This document shows positions 50,151-62,884 of a stretch of DNA of 64,000 nucleotides, in pieces. Under the pieces are notes generated by a model. That model ran no database searches. It was not told the origin of the DNA and saw nothing but the letters and a program-made list of their open reading frames with translations. A program made the position numbers and the translations under genes. The stretch's first letter is position 1, and the number at the start of each line of letters is the position of its first letter. This DNA comes from Anolis carolinensis (Eukaryota): contig NC_085845.1 in the NCBI RefSeq assembly GCF_035594765.1, forward strand, positions 186,326,897-186,390,896, read 5' to 3'.

Positions 50151-51131
50151 TTATTATATGTGGGTATACACTCAGCACTTTGGAGTTTCCTCTTTGCCTT
50201 CAAAGCAACCTTTCATGAATTTCATTGGAATGTTGCTTCACCACACCTTGGACTACAAGGAACAATGCCCCAGAATCACCACGATCACCTTGCAGTGGCT
50301 CCACACAAACCTAACAATGGAGCAAACCAGAAGTCACAGAAGATGCCCTATGTCCTCCTTTCTTCTCTCCCTGGAAACCCATTCAGGCTGACTAAGGGGT
50401 GAATCCATCGAACAGTGGGGCACATCGTCAGGCAGTGCCTCTCATTGCCCCCTTGCCATCCCACACAGAAACCCATCTGTCCCCAGCTTGGTCCATGTTG
50501 TCCCTGGCTTACTCTAATAGAACATGGGTAGTCACCTATGTTCTCAGGACTGCTGCTTAGCTTGCTGCCAAGACGCAGCATGCACGCAGCCAGCACATAG
50601 TCCTGCCGGAAGTAGTCTTGCGTCATACGATGGGCTCCGTCAGGCTCTGTCCTGGCTACTTCTCAGCAGCATCCTAGGATGGGGCTTAAAGCCCATGCGA
50701 TGAGGTCCTAATGTATTCTTCCGCTTATCTTTCTGCTTCTCTGTATCCCCTTTGACACACATTTTTCAATATTATTTCCTTGTGCAATGTCTTTTCCTCC
50801 ATGTATATATATATTGAAGCAAAGTGACCTCGCTGTTAACTCTGGCCAAACATGCCTTGAACTGGGTGTAACTGGCTTGCCCCAGGCTATGATCAAAGTC
50901 TCCATCGGCTCCTCCTTGCCCTGAACTCTGGCTTGCTTGACCATGCTGTGGACATTCAGTGAAACCCCTTGTCTCTTCCCTTGGATTCTGGACTTTCCTA
51001 TGAAACTTTATGAACTCATCCTGGACCTTTGGGTGGGTGGGAATGGGAAATATGATTTCTGACTTTATGAATGTATTCTATGTACCCCATATGCCCCTTT
51101 TTCCTTCATGTTCCCCAATGTATGAAATTAT

Positions 51132-51984
51132 TGTGAGCCACCTTGTTTGACCTTGCTGGCATGGAGTCATCCATCCGCATTCCTGGGAGAGGAAATCCTC
51201 TCACAAAAGGACACTACCAAATCCCTTGCATGGACAATAGACTTTTGGTCTCCCCCTTGAGTTTTGGAGCAGGCCACTCTAAAAAGAGATTTGACCGCTT
51301 GGATTCATTTATCACGTACATATCTGGGGTGATTGAAGCCTTCGGAAAGCCAAGATCGCCCCGCCTGATTATTCCTTTTGTCCATTTACCCAGCCGAACC
51401 CACTGACAAAGCAATCGCACACCTGATCAGCCTCCAGCTATATGACAACCGGAATCTGGCAAGCCACGCCAGACAAATATGTATATCTTCGCCCCGGAAA
51501 TAATCTTTGACACCTTGAGAGCTTTTTAAGCTATCGGTGCCATCATGTACAGATTAGACCCACTGATTCATTAACAAATTCACTCAGTCACCCTTTGTTG
51601 AAGACTCGGACCGCCTTCTCACTCTCCATTGGCTGAGGAGCCAGAGCAAGGATAGCTCCCTGATTGGACAGGACGTTCGCGCCTTCACTCCAGCAACCAA
51701 TTAACGTAGCACGGGCGGGGGAAGGCGGAGTGGGAAATTCAAACCTCTCCACCCCATTCTTTCCCTATAAAGGGTGCTGTATTCTATTGTATGTCATGTC
51801 TTCCTGATGAATGATTGCGGTTGACATCATGTCCCACTGGATCGCATTAAACATTTCGGTGCTCTTTCTTCAGCCTGCGGTGAGATTTATTTGGGACTGG
51901 TAAACTATGATTCTTAGCAGCTTTCTCTCCTTCTCACCAGTGGCAACGAACCCTTTGGAGGGTCTCAGGTCCCTTTCTGTTACA
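51132..51984 (+). mobile_element. LTR (ERV-like), sense to the host gene; left boundary uncertain (may extend to ~50400)
   Basis: Three CCAAT/ATTGG boxes (51628-51701), GC box 51713, TATAAA 51766, ATTAAA 51846, terminal TGTTACA at 51984; CpG-rich. Confidence 0.65.
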
Positions 51985-54042
51985 AGGAGACCTCCAAAAT
52001 CTAGTTTGATTTCACCAACACTCATTGCTATCCACTGTTTCACCAGTATGAACCATTGTCCTCTCCCAGGATGGGGAAACTACCATAATCACTATCTATT
52101 ATCTCAAATCCATCCACATTCTTTCCTTCCCACACTCCCTAGAGAAGTGGAATCATTAACAGCCAGAAAACCTCAAACTGAGCAATAAGAATTTATTAAA
52201 TTTTCTGCCTTGCCTTTGGTTGGCTCAGAGGCAGAAATAGACTCACGCCTTCTCCAATAAGGCTGCGGATCCTAGCCTGTACCCTCCAAGACCAATGGGA
52301 AGCCAGTACAGCAATTTTCAATTGTTCTGTACTGTTATAAATGCATTCACAGTTGGGATATGCCAGTACTTTGAGCCCTAGCTCTGCTGATATCCTCTTT
52401 GGCCATTGGGAATTAAATGACTCTCCTGTTATCTTCACACGTGTGTGCGTTTCTTTCAACCTTCTGGCTGCTTAGCACTCTGGGCTCACAAACCCTACAA
52501 TTAAGGGGAGCTGAAATCACATAGTGAAATATACCCTTTCATCAAAAATTGTTTTGTTTTATAAGTGATGCATTATTTCAAGGAAACAAAATACCATTTA
52601 TAAACCAATTCCTCATTTTCATTTCTTCACATTCACAACATGTTAAGAAAAATATATCTTTGTATGTATCTTATCTATCTATCCAAGATTATTGTAGTTG
52701 TCATCTTGATTAATAGTGCAAATCACTTGGAAGTTCAAACCCAGAATGGGGTTGAACAAACACAGCTTGGACATTCATGAGCAAATACCAAGCTGGAGGA
52801 ATAAAATCTTGAGTTCTATCAGAAATCCAATGCATGGGAGATAGATTCAGATAAATTCCACTCATCCCATTATTGCTACTTGCCCAAATAATAAGAGATG
52901 GGAGGTAAAATGGCAATCTCCATCTCAACTACCAGTAGTTTAGCCCAATAACATGTTAATCCATAGGTAGGCAGAGCAGGAAATATCCCATTTTATTTCA
53001 TGCATGGTTTTTCCAGTTGCTACATTGCTTATGTTAATTCATATCTCTCATTTCATAGGGAGTTGACATCTTGTCAAATGTCCAATTTAACACCGATAAT
53101 CTGTTTCCTAATACACAGTCATCAAACCCTCACTATGGATGGTGTACTACAGTTTTTACTATCTATTCTTTGCCATTCATTTTAGTGGGTTGATTTTCTT
53201 GTTGTTGTTGTTATATTTATATTTATACCCCACTTTATCTTCCCAAAGGAGAATCAAAGCGGCTTGACATAAAAACATTAGTATACAATTTAAAATATAC
53301 AAATATGCAGACATTAAAATAGAATTAAATACAAACAGCACTAAAAAATAACTTTCTGCCAGCCAGTTCTATGTTTTGTTTTCATATCTGTCTTTGAAAA
53401 ATAGCCCCAGGTTTTTTTAGTTGCCCCTGCCCCCAGTTCTTGGAGAACAAAATATCTAAGATGTGAAAATACCTTGTTCATCTTCATAAGACAGATTAAA
53501 AATAAGTAATTTGATTCTGTAGGCTTGTTTCTGTTATGCAACTTGAAATGATACTTGAAAGCATTGCATCTATTTTGTAATTATTATTCAGTAGAAGATA
53601 GGATAACACAGGAGCAATGAGAACTTCATTTCATCAGTGTGAACATCTGTACAAAATATATCTACCCTGAGGTAAATATAGGCACCCTGTGGTTTTGAAT
53701 TCCTGTTTTTAAACCCATAATAAGGAGCACATTGATTCTCTCAGGGAAGAAGTTCCAGAAGGTAGCCTAATGTAAGTCTAGGTCTCTTTGATGTTCAAAA
53801 TTTGCTTTTGATGTGCAAAAGTTGTCTTTCTGTTCCTCCTTCCCAAGATAGTAAGAGCCTACCAATGCACAGCTGTAGCTTTTTTCCAAAAACATTTCTG
53901 TGCTTCAGAAAATGAGTGAGAAACACCACAAAATCATTGTGGCCTGTTACAGCGTGGCCATATACGCGTCAGGTGCTGGTCACAAGAAGCCTAGAACAAT
54001 GCTAGCTAGATTGGAAACCTATTTCTCACATTGTCTTCTCTC

Positions 54043-54948
54043 TGTTGTCGAAGGCTTTCATGGCTGTGAGTGGGTTGCTGTGAGTTTTCTGGGCTGTATA
54101 GCCATTTTCCAGAAGCATTCTTTCCTGACGATTCACCTGTATCTTCAGAGTAATGGGGTCTGTTGGAAACTAGTCAAGTGGGGTTTATATATCTGTAGAA
54201 GATCCAGGGTAGGAGAAAGAACTCTTGTCTGTTTGAGGCAGGTGTGAATGTTTCAGTTGGCCACCTTGAATAGCAGTGAACAGTCTTTCAGCTTCAAGGC
54301 CTGGCTGATTCCTGCCTGGGGGTATCCTTTGTTGGGAGGAGTTATCTGGCCCTGATTGATTCATGTCTGGAATACCTTTGTTTTCTGAGTGGTGTTCTTT
54401 ATTTACTGTCCTTATTTTAGAGTTTTTTTAATACTGGTAGCCAGATTTTGTTCATGTTCATGGTTTCTTCCTTTCTGTTGAAATTGTCCACATGCTTGTG
54501 GATTTCAATGGCTTCTTTGTGTAGTCTGACATGGTGGTTGTTAGAGTGGTCCAGCATTTCTGTGTTCTCAAATAATGTGTTGTGTCTAGGTTGGTTCATC
54601 AGGTGCTCTGCTATGGCTGACTTCTCTGGTTGAGTTAGTCTGCAGTGCTCTTCATGTTCCTTGATTCATGTTTGGGCAATGCTGCTGCGTTTGGTGGTCC
54701 CTACCCTATGTATACTTGTCCACAGCTGCATGGTAAATGATAGACTCCTGCAGAGGTGAGAGGATCCCTCTTGTCCTTTGCTGAATGTAGCATTTGTTGG
54801 ATTTTCTTAGTGGGTCTGTAGATAGTTTGTAGTTTGTGTTTTTTCATCAGCTTCCCTATGCAGTCAGTGGTTCCCTTGATGTATGGTAAGAACACCTTTC
54901 CTCTGGGTGGATCTTTGTCTTGACTCTCGTGGCTTGTTCTTGGTCTTG
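54043..54948 (-). mobile_element. 5'-truncated Penelope-like element with frameshifted GIY-YIG endonuclease
   Basis: KVFLPYIKGTTD..AGVYHLPCSCGQVYIG and ..VRLHKEAIEIHKH..FNRKEE; the 3' terminus equals the fold-back element arms. Confidence 0.9.
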
Positions 54949-56158
54949 CCTGTTTTACAAGATGTAGGCTCAGCATTTGCTTCCTTTTTCCTCTTTTTTG
55001 TTCAGCTTCTTGCAGACCTACGGTATCAATGGAATATTTTTCATAAATGTTTAAATAGCATCTCAGCATGAGTGTATCTTCAAACTGTTTAATGTCCCTC
55101 ATCTTGGCTTCCATTTAAGCAGATCTTGCCCAAATTCATGAGGGAACCATGGTCTGTGTGCTTACTCAATCTATGATAATTAATGCCATATTTTTCACTT
55201 ATTTAGGTTGTGACGTTTTAACTGCAGTAGCCCTATGAAGAATCTAATATGCAATGTCATCATGCCAAAGATTGCTGGTTTATTCTAGCACCCTCGTATT
55301 TCATTTTCACTTTCTTGCTTTGTAGTAAAAAGAGTCCATTTGCCTCCAGTGAGTCTGTAAAACCAGTCCAGACACTTCTCTGGCAGATCTTCACACATGA
55401 ATCAGTAACCTTGAAGACATGAAAGTCTTGATGTTGTGGAAAGTATGGCTTAGTTTGATTATTTTTAAAAGAATGACTTACTTCTGGTCTTAATAGAGAA
55501 GAAGTCTTCAATCATATATCTTTACTACAGATGTTCTTTTGCATCCTCAGTGAACTTGAACAGCGTTAATTTTTTAAATAGGCCATCGGGTAGCAGGAAG
55601 TCTCAATTGGTAGCTCATTTTCTAGACTATTATTTCTGTTTGGTTTTCTAGCCATGCTGGAATTAAAGGCAAATTGCTATTAGACATACGAGGATCCTAT
55701 TTTGTGGCTTTACTCTCATTTTAAATCTGCATTAATGATGTCGTAGTAGGAATGTTTGGAAGGCCCAGAACACCATTTCACTCTTAAAGAGTTCAAACCA
55801 ATATTCCAGTTATGATCAAGTGTAGCCTTCAAGAACTGCAGGCAGAAAGTTGCTATTATGTAATTTCGATAATAATAGGATATGGAGTCCATTGGTAATC
55901 ACTACTTGCTAAAGAAGGAAGCCCCACCAATGCGTGTGTCTCACTATTTATAACTATTTATTTTAGTTGAGTTCTATCCCATCTGCAGCATGTGAGCATA
56001 GCTTCATTTCTTGCTGTACTAATTTGAGGTGAACCATGGTGCATTATATTATAGTCCAGCATTGTGTTTACACAGCAGCCAACCAGTTATCAAAACCAGT
56101 GAGTTGAATATAAGATCAAAAACTTCCTCCCAATCCTGTGCCCCAGCAACAGATAGAT

Positions 56159-56293
56159 CAGTGGTTCTCAACCTGTGGGTCCCCAGGTGTTTTGGCCTAC
56201 AACTCCCAGAAATCCCAGACAGTTTACCAGCTGTTAGGATTTCTGGGAGTTGAAGACCATAATATCTGGGGACCCACAGGTTGAGGACTACTG
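56159..56293. mobile_element. Palindromic hAT MITE (CAGTGGTTCTCAACC TIR)
   Basis: TSD agatagat. Confidence 0.9.
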
Positions 56294-56494
56294 AGATAGA
56301 TAGCTTGAGCTATGGATGCAGCATCTGGCATCGCTAAGAGCCATTTCCTTGTTAACAGCTTTATCCTTTATTTCATCAGCTTTCAAAGTTGTCCATGGTG
56401 GCAACCACCAGCACTTCTTTTGGGACTGAATGCCACAATTAACTGTGTATTTTGTGATTGAGGCATTCATTTTATTTGCCTTGAATCTCTCTTC

Positions 56495-56629
56495 CAGTGG
56501 TTCTCAACCTGTGGGTCCCCAGGTGTTTTGGCCTACAGCTCTCAGAAATCCCAGCCAGTTTACCAGCTGTTAAGATTTCTGGGAGTTGAAGGCCAGAACA
56601 TCCGGGGAATCACAGGTTGAGAATCACTG
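56495..56629. mobile_element. Palindromic hAT MITE (CAGTGGTTCTCAACC TIR)
   Basis: 135 bp like its siblings; TSD poorly matched. Confidence 0.85.
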
Positions 56630-57207
56630 CAGTCTTTGATCAGCTCCAATGGATGACCCCCATAATGGGTTTTACTAGTATGATAAAGGGAAGGAGAAGG
56701 AAAAGGAGTCAGAGAGAGGGGGGAGACTTTGGCTAGAATCCTGTTGGTGGTATGTTCAGGTGAAATTTTGCCATTTCAATACTCCTTTTCTGTGGTTGTT
56801 GCAGATGGAGATGTCCAGCATCTCAGTCTGTAACAACTCTCTTGTTTGCACCATTTACATCCATATTGCCTAGGCACCTCAGGGAAGGGTGACCCAGGCA
56901 ATCTCCAGTTGTATTGATGTAGCCAGATACTTCCTTGAGCATCCCCTGCCTTCTCCCAGCCACTAAATGAGAGTTTTCTGGGCTGCACAGAGGTACTTGG
57001 TAGTGTGGCATAGCTTTGTGCTGCCTTTCATCTGTGCAGGATTGCAGTCAAGGTCCATAGCCACCTGTCTATTGAATGAAGCCTGTTTGCTGGCCGCAGA
57101 AAGTTTGTTTGGTTTGTAGTTTTTGTGTGAACTGAATGGAAAGAGAGAGGCGTGTGCTAATAATATCATTTTTATATGATGCAATATTGACTTTGATTGG
57201 TGTAGAT

Positions 57208-57912
57208 CAGGGGTCCTCAAACTTTTGAAGTGGAGGGCCGGTTCATGGTCCCTCAGACTCTTGAAGGGCCGAATTATCATTTGAAAAAAAGTACGAACAA
57301 ATTCCTATGCACACTGCACATGTCTTATTTGTAGTGCAAAAAAACCCCAACAACAATTATTTATTTTTTTATTTACTACATTTATATCCCACCCTCTCTC
57401 ATCCCGAAGGGGAGTCAGAGCAGCTTACAAGTTGTATGTACATACAATATATTATATTATTAGCATAGCACAATATTAGCATTATATATTACTATATTGT
57501 ACTATACCACTATATGGTAATATTATTAGTAATATTAAATTTAATATATAATGTATAATTAATATTATATTGTATTATTATTAGTATTATTATATTGTAT
57601 GACATTATAATATTATTAACAATATAATAATATTTTATTATTACCATAGCACAATATTGGTAAATGAAAGAACAATACAATATTTAAAAATAAAAACAAT
57701 TTTAACCAACATAAACCTATCAGGATTTCAATGGGAAGTGTGGGCCTGCTTCTGGCCAATGAGATAGTAAATTAAGTAGGATTGTTATTGTTGTGTGCCT
57801 TCAAGTCATTTCAGACTTCGGGCGAGCCTAAGTCTAAAACTGAGGGCGGGGGCCATGTAAATGACCTTGGAGGGCCGCATCTGGCCCCCGGGCCTTAGTT
57901 TGGGGACCGCTG
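57208..57912. mobile_element. hAT element with a nested AT-rich L2-tailed element (57356-57660, minus strand)
   Basis: Same family as 9857-10219; perfect TSD gtgtagat. Confidence 0.9.
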
Positions 57913-58646
57913 GTGTAGATATTTGCTACACCAATCAATGGCAGTATCCACACTACAAAATTATAGCAGATTGACATTACATTAACTGTCATGGCTCAAT
58001 TCTATTGGATTATGGGATATTTTGTTTTGTGAGATATTTCTCATTCTATATCACAGTGCTCTGGTGTCACAACATATTGCATATTATTGAATCTTTGTTC
58101 TTAAAGTGGCATCAAACTGCTATAATTTTGCAGTATGGATGGTCTCGCTCTCAATGTCCTCCTCTGTCTTCTCTTAATGTGCCAGGTTGGTAAGTTCAGA
58201 GACACTTTGGAAAAACAACTTACATTCATTACAGAACCAGATGGAAAAATAAATAGTCAGTTAATCCAAGGACCAGTTGCTTCAGAGAACCTATTGATTT
58301 TTTAATTGTTTCTTCTGGGATTGTCATTATTTGACATTATGCTCTGCATCTGTCTTGAGTCAACAATACATTGGTACTTGACTCATGTCTTTATGGAGAT
58401 AAATTATATTTGTCCTTGTTAACCTTTCACATCCAAAGTTTCCAGAGACTCAGCTTTTGACTCAATTACCATATAGAGTTCTGTGGGTTTATCTCTTTAT
58501 CAGAAGACAGAGGACTAGGGAAATGTGCCTGATATTGAACATTACGTTGACTTTCAGTACTGTATATTGGATCCTTTTCTTGAAATCCATGGAAATCCAA
58601 TTGAAAAGTCAACCATGGGGGGAACTAACTTAGTCTGGATCTAATC

Positions 58647-58781
58647 CAGTGGTTCTCAACCTGTGGGTCCCCAGATGTTTTGGCCTCCAACTGCCAGAAA
58701 TCCTAACAGCTGGTAAACTGGCTGGGATTTCTGGAAGTTATAGGCCAAAACACCTGGAGACCCACAAATTGAGAACCACTG
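58647..58781. mobile_element. Palindromic hAT MITE (CAGTGGTTCTCAACC TIR)
   Basis: Perfect TSD atctaatc. Confidence 0.9.
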
Positions 58782-59607
58782 ATCTAATCCAATAGTTTTG
58801 TATCCAGATTATGATTGTGAAATGGATTCTAAAGATCCTTATGCACAAATACATTTCTGTGGGCTCTAGATCAACAAATTCAACTAATTGTGCTTTGTCA
58901 AATACACACTGAAGCATACACGTTGAATGTTGATATGCTGAAATATACACATTTACGTCACTGCCATTTAATAATATAGGATGCAATCAGTCCATGTAGA
59001 GTCCCAGAACCAGGGCTGTTATATATTGAAAATTTCTCTCCATCTTCATTATGATTTTTCTGTTGCAGCTATGTCAGAATATCCAACACAGTTGGCTATT
59101 TTTGATGTGCACATACTTCTTTCTGTGCTACACTGTTGCTTAATACGAGAAGAATACTCTTAACTACAGATTCCTAGATAAGCTCACCTCTTTCCAATTA
59201 GAATGTACTACTGATCTACCTATTTTCATGATCCTTACCTTGTTCTCCATCTGGAAATCTCTGTCCATTTCCTTTTTTTTTTTAACGTGGTGAAGGTTCT
59301 TGTGCCATTAATGTGTCACTCTTGTTCATTGTAGGATAATCACATTCAGCGTGCAACAGGATTTTTTTTATCATTATGTAGAGAGTTTTTTGTTTTTTGT
59401 TTTTGCAATGTCAGGAGAACATCTATACACCTCTATATACTGCTGTGCATCTCTTTCCCCACATTATTATTGTTACTAAATAATCAGATTTAATAAGTTA
59501 AATTTTGCGATTTTAATGTAAGGTGGACTGAATCAGTTCCAGAATTTTAAAAACTTTTTTGCTTTAACCAAACATTATTGTGTTTTCAAACATATCAGTG
59601 AGTTAGT

Positions 59608-59871
59608 TAGTTGCGGAGGCACAATGGGTTAAACCCTTGTGCTGTCTGGACTGCTGACCTGAAGGTTGGGGTTGCTGGCCTGAAGGTTGCCAGTTTGAAT
59701 CTGTGAGATGGGGTGAGCTCTCGATGGTTAGCTCTAGCTTGTGGAGACATGAGAGAAGCCTCCCAGCAGCATGATAACACATTCAGGCATCCCTGGGCAA
59801 TGTCTGTGTAGATAGCCAATTTTCACCAGAACTTGCAATATGTTCTCAAGTTGTTTCTGACATGACAAAAA
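59608..59871 (+). mobile_element. tRNA SINE with Vingi-like tail
   Basis: TSD agtgagttagt; tail gtttctgacatgacaaaaa. Confidence 0.8.
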
Positions 59872-59893
59872 AGTGAGTTAGTATCTAGCTATA

Positions 59894-60073
59894 CAGTACA
59901 GTCTCACTTATCCAAGCTAAACAGGCTGGCAGAAGCTTGGATAAGCGAATATCTTGGATAATAAGGAGGGATTAAGGAAAAGCCTATTAAACATCAAATT
60001 AGGTTATGATTTTACAAATTAAGCAGCAAAACATCATGTTGTACAACAAATTCGACAGAAAACGTAGTTCAAA
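59894..60073. mobile_element. Truncated copy of the 323-bp Tc1/mariner MITE
   Basis: Colinear with 658-836. Confidence 0.85.
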
Positions 60074-61647
60074 ATGAAACATTGGCAATACTAGTAATAC
60101 TTGCCACATATTCATACACACACACTGTCCTGGAGGAATATTATTTACTGAACCTTTTATTTCTGTAATGCATGCTGTATTTTTCCGGTTTGTGCTTTTC
60201 TTTTTTGTTAGTGTAGGATAAGGAAACTGGAAACTACCTCAATTACAGCACTGTCCTATTTTACATGAATAGAATATGAAATTGTTGCCACTGAGTCAAG
60301 ACTGCACACATTTCTGGGGGGGATAAAAGTACTGTAGACTTATTTAAATTGGCCAAATAAGCCCTTAATTAGTCTATCCTTAGGAAACAGTCATAGAACC
60401 AGAGGCATAAGAGAAGCTCAGCAGTTCAGCTGCTTTGGGGAAAATAGTTTCTAGAGATATTTTAGGAAATAGTACTGGAAGTATCAATGAAGATCTTTAG
60501 ATCAGAAACTGTCGCCCAAAATCTGGTTTGGGAAATGTGTGCAATGCTTCTTAGTGGGTTTAAAAGATGCGGATTTTATTTTTTCTGCTCCCTGGAGTAC
60601 ATCTGCATTATTCTGGTAATTCTGATCGATTTATTTGCCCTTTTTTTGGTAGCCCACTGTTTCTTTAAAACCTCCTCCAGCACCATATTTTTCCTGTCAA
60701 CATTGTTCTTTGCTGACCAGCTTTACAACCATATAAGAAAAAGGGTGCAGCATTTGCAGTGAGATCAAAAGCAAACATATGTTTTTCTGGCTGTATTTTT
60801 CCTAAGAAGTTTGGAGCAGTTTTTCTTGATTTAGTCCTTCTCATTTGATATTATCCTGATAAGCTTTTAAAGTGGTGGCAATAAAGTTATAATACCTGGG
60901 TGATTGTATTAGAATTTAAAACTGTGTGTGTGCGTGCGTGTGTGTGCATGCAGGAGTTTAATGTTTAACCCAAGCATCAATATGAAAGTCTCATTAAGAT
61001 CTGACCAGCAATGGTACTCACTAAGGCATATGTTCTGAATCCCTATACAAGGAGAAAGACAGGATAAACATAAATAAATAATTGCTTAATATACCCTACG
61101 AATTCCAAGGATAGTGTGCAACAGAGTCATCTGTTTGTTTTTTTGACAGCCCATTGTATCAGCAAAACTCTCCTACAGTACCACATTTCAAATACGTTTA
61201 TCTTTTTCTAGCTTTTTCAATATCCAGCTTTTATACCCATGCATAGAAAACGAAAGTACTCTGGAATAGACTTTGGTTACAACAACATTTGTTACAGTCC
61301 ATAAACCCATCCGTTTATGGAATAGACTTTGGTTACTGTAAATGATATGTCTTAACACTTGAGGATCTTACTTAGAGAGAAATATTGTGACTTTCCTCAA
61401 CCTTTGTTTCTGTTCACCAGCCCTGCCTAGCAATATCTTTTCCTGAACCTGAAGTAAAACAAAGTGCCGTGGCATTTTACAGGTTACTAGTTGAAGAAAA
61501 GAGTAGTGCATTACTACTTTAAAAACTAAAGCTTGCCATTTTGTAATTTTCAAGGCTCAGTTCAAACTCATTAATGTTTAGAAAGGATGGTCTACAAAAT
61601 TGACTCTTAGCCGTCTGTGCCCCATTAAGACTGAGTAGTATGTAAAT

Positions 61648-61961
61648 GAGGGGCCACAGATTAAACCGCTAAGCTACAGAGCTTGCTGACCAGAAAGTCG
61701 GGGGTTTGAATCTGTGGGATGGGGTGAGCGCCTGCCGTTAGCCCCAGCTTCTGCCTAGCAGTTTGAAAACATGCAAATGTGAGTAGATCAATAGGTACTG
61801 CTGTGATGGGAAGGTAACGGCACTCCATGCAGTCATGTCAGCCACATGACCTAGGAGGTAGCTATGGAAAACACCGGCTCCTCAGTATAGAAATGGAGAT
61901 GATCATCACCCCCCAGAGTCGGACACAACTAGACTTAATATCAAGGGGAAACCTTTACCTT
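61648..61961 (+). mobile_element. Sauria-type SINE
   Basis: Body plus (ACCTTT) tail. Confidence 0.85.
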
Positions 61962-62044
61962 TAGCAAGTAAATATGCATACAGATCATAGGATTGGTTTA
62001 TGCTTTGTTTCACTCTTATGTTTACACTTTTGTTGCTGCTGCTG

Positions 62045-62242
62045 CTGCTGTGTGCCTTCAAGTCATTTCTGAGTTATGGTAACTGTCACGGGGTTTTCTT
62101 GGCAAAGTTTGTTCAGAGGGGATTTTCCTTTCCCTACCTCTGAGGCTGAGAAAGAGTGACTTGCCCAGTGAGTTACCAGGGAATTCAAACTCTGGTCTCC
62201 AGAGTCATAGTCCAATGCTCAAACAATTGTACCAAACTGGCT
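62045..62242 (-). mobile_element. Old squamate CORE/MIR-like SINE
   Basis: gtgtgccttcaagtcattt..ctctgaggctgaga..gtgacttgccca; related fragments at ~7150-7330, 20680-20815 and 28400-28510. Confidence 0.6.
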
Positions 62243-62390
62243 TTCTGCATTCATAGCCTGACATCTTTAAAATACTGACAGCATCTTGCCAAGAGCACAG
62301 CACAGTTAAGAGATTTAAATGTATTTGACATTTCTGTTACTTTTTAAACTGTGGTTTTATTTTGATATCATTTTCTTTTTTTCTGTGCAG

Positions 62391-62494
62391 GGTATGAAAG
62401 TTGGGGTGAATTGATAAAAACTCTGAGAAAGCAAGACGCACCCATAGTGGATTCAAGTGTTCGGTTTAATCAGTATCCGAGGTTGAAGACTCAG
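62391..62494 (+). CDS. B4GALNT3: B4GALNT3 coding exon 2 (104 nt)
   Basis: Acceptor ttttctttttttctgtgcag|, donor CAG|GTAAGC. Spliced to exon 1 in phase 1 it reads RYESWGELIKTLRKQDAPIVDSSVRFNQYPRLKTQ, versus remembered human [35 protein letters not shown]. Not in the ORF track. Confidence 0.9.
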
Positions 62495-62705
62495 GTAAGC
62501 AGCTTTAATAAATACAACAGAAAAAAATTCCAGAAAAATGTCAGGCCAATTTAGTTCTCAGATGTTCTAACAGAATGATTTTCATAATCCTACCAGAGAA
62601 CTATATGTGTTAGATCCAGAATCAAGTTTAGGCTGGTGAAAGTAGATTATGACTGGGTCAATACATCTCATATGGTTTGAACTGCATTATATGGTCAGTA
62701 TAGTT

Positions 62706-62884
62706 CAGGCATGGGCAAAGTTGGGCCCTCCAGGTGTTTTGGACTTCAACTCCCACCATTCCTAATGGCCTCAAGCCCCTTCCTTTTCCCGCTCAGCCGC
62801 TTAAGCGGAAAGGGTTTGAGGCCATTAGGAATGGTGGGAGTTGAAGTCCAAAACACCTGGAGGGCCCAACTTTGCCCATGCCTG
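62706..62884. mobile_element. Palindromic hAT MITE (CAGGCATGGG TIR)
   Basis: Perfect TSD gtatagtt; internal core shared with 3987-4172. Confidence 0.9.

Larger units (their letters stand above)
3881..62390 (+). other. B4GALNT3: B4GALNT3 intron 1 (58,510 bp, GT-AG)
   Basis: Bounded by the exon 1 donor and exon 2 acceptor; the frame is continuous across the junction. Confidence 0.85.

Noticed and set aside
61262-61336. Repeat-spacer-repeat as a mini-CRISPR
   Set aside because: Only two repeats; better explained as a duplication flanking a small insertion.
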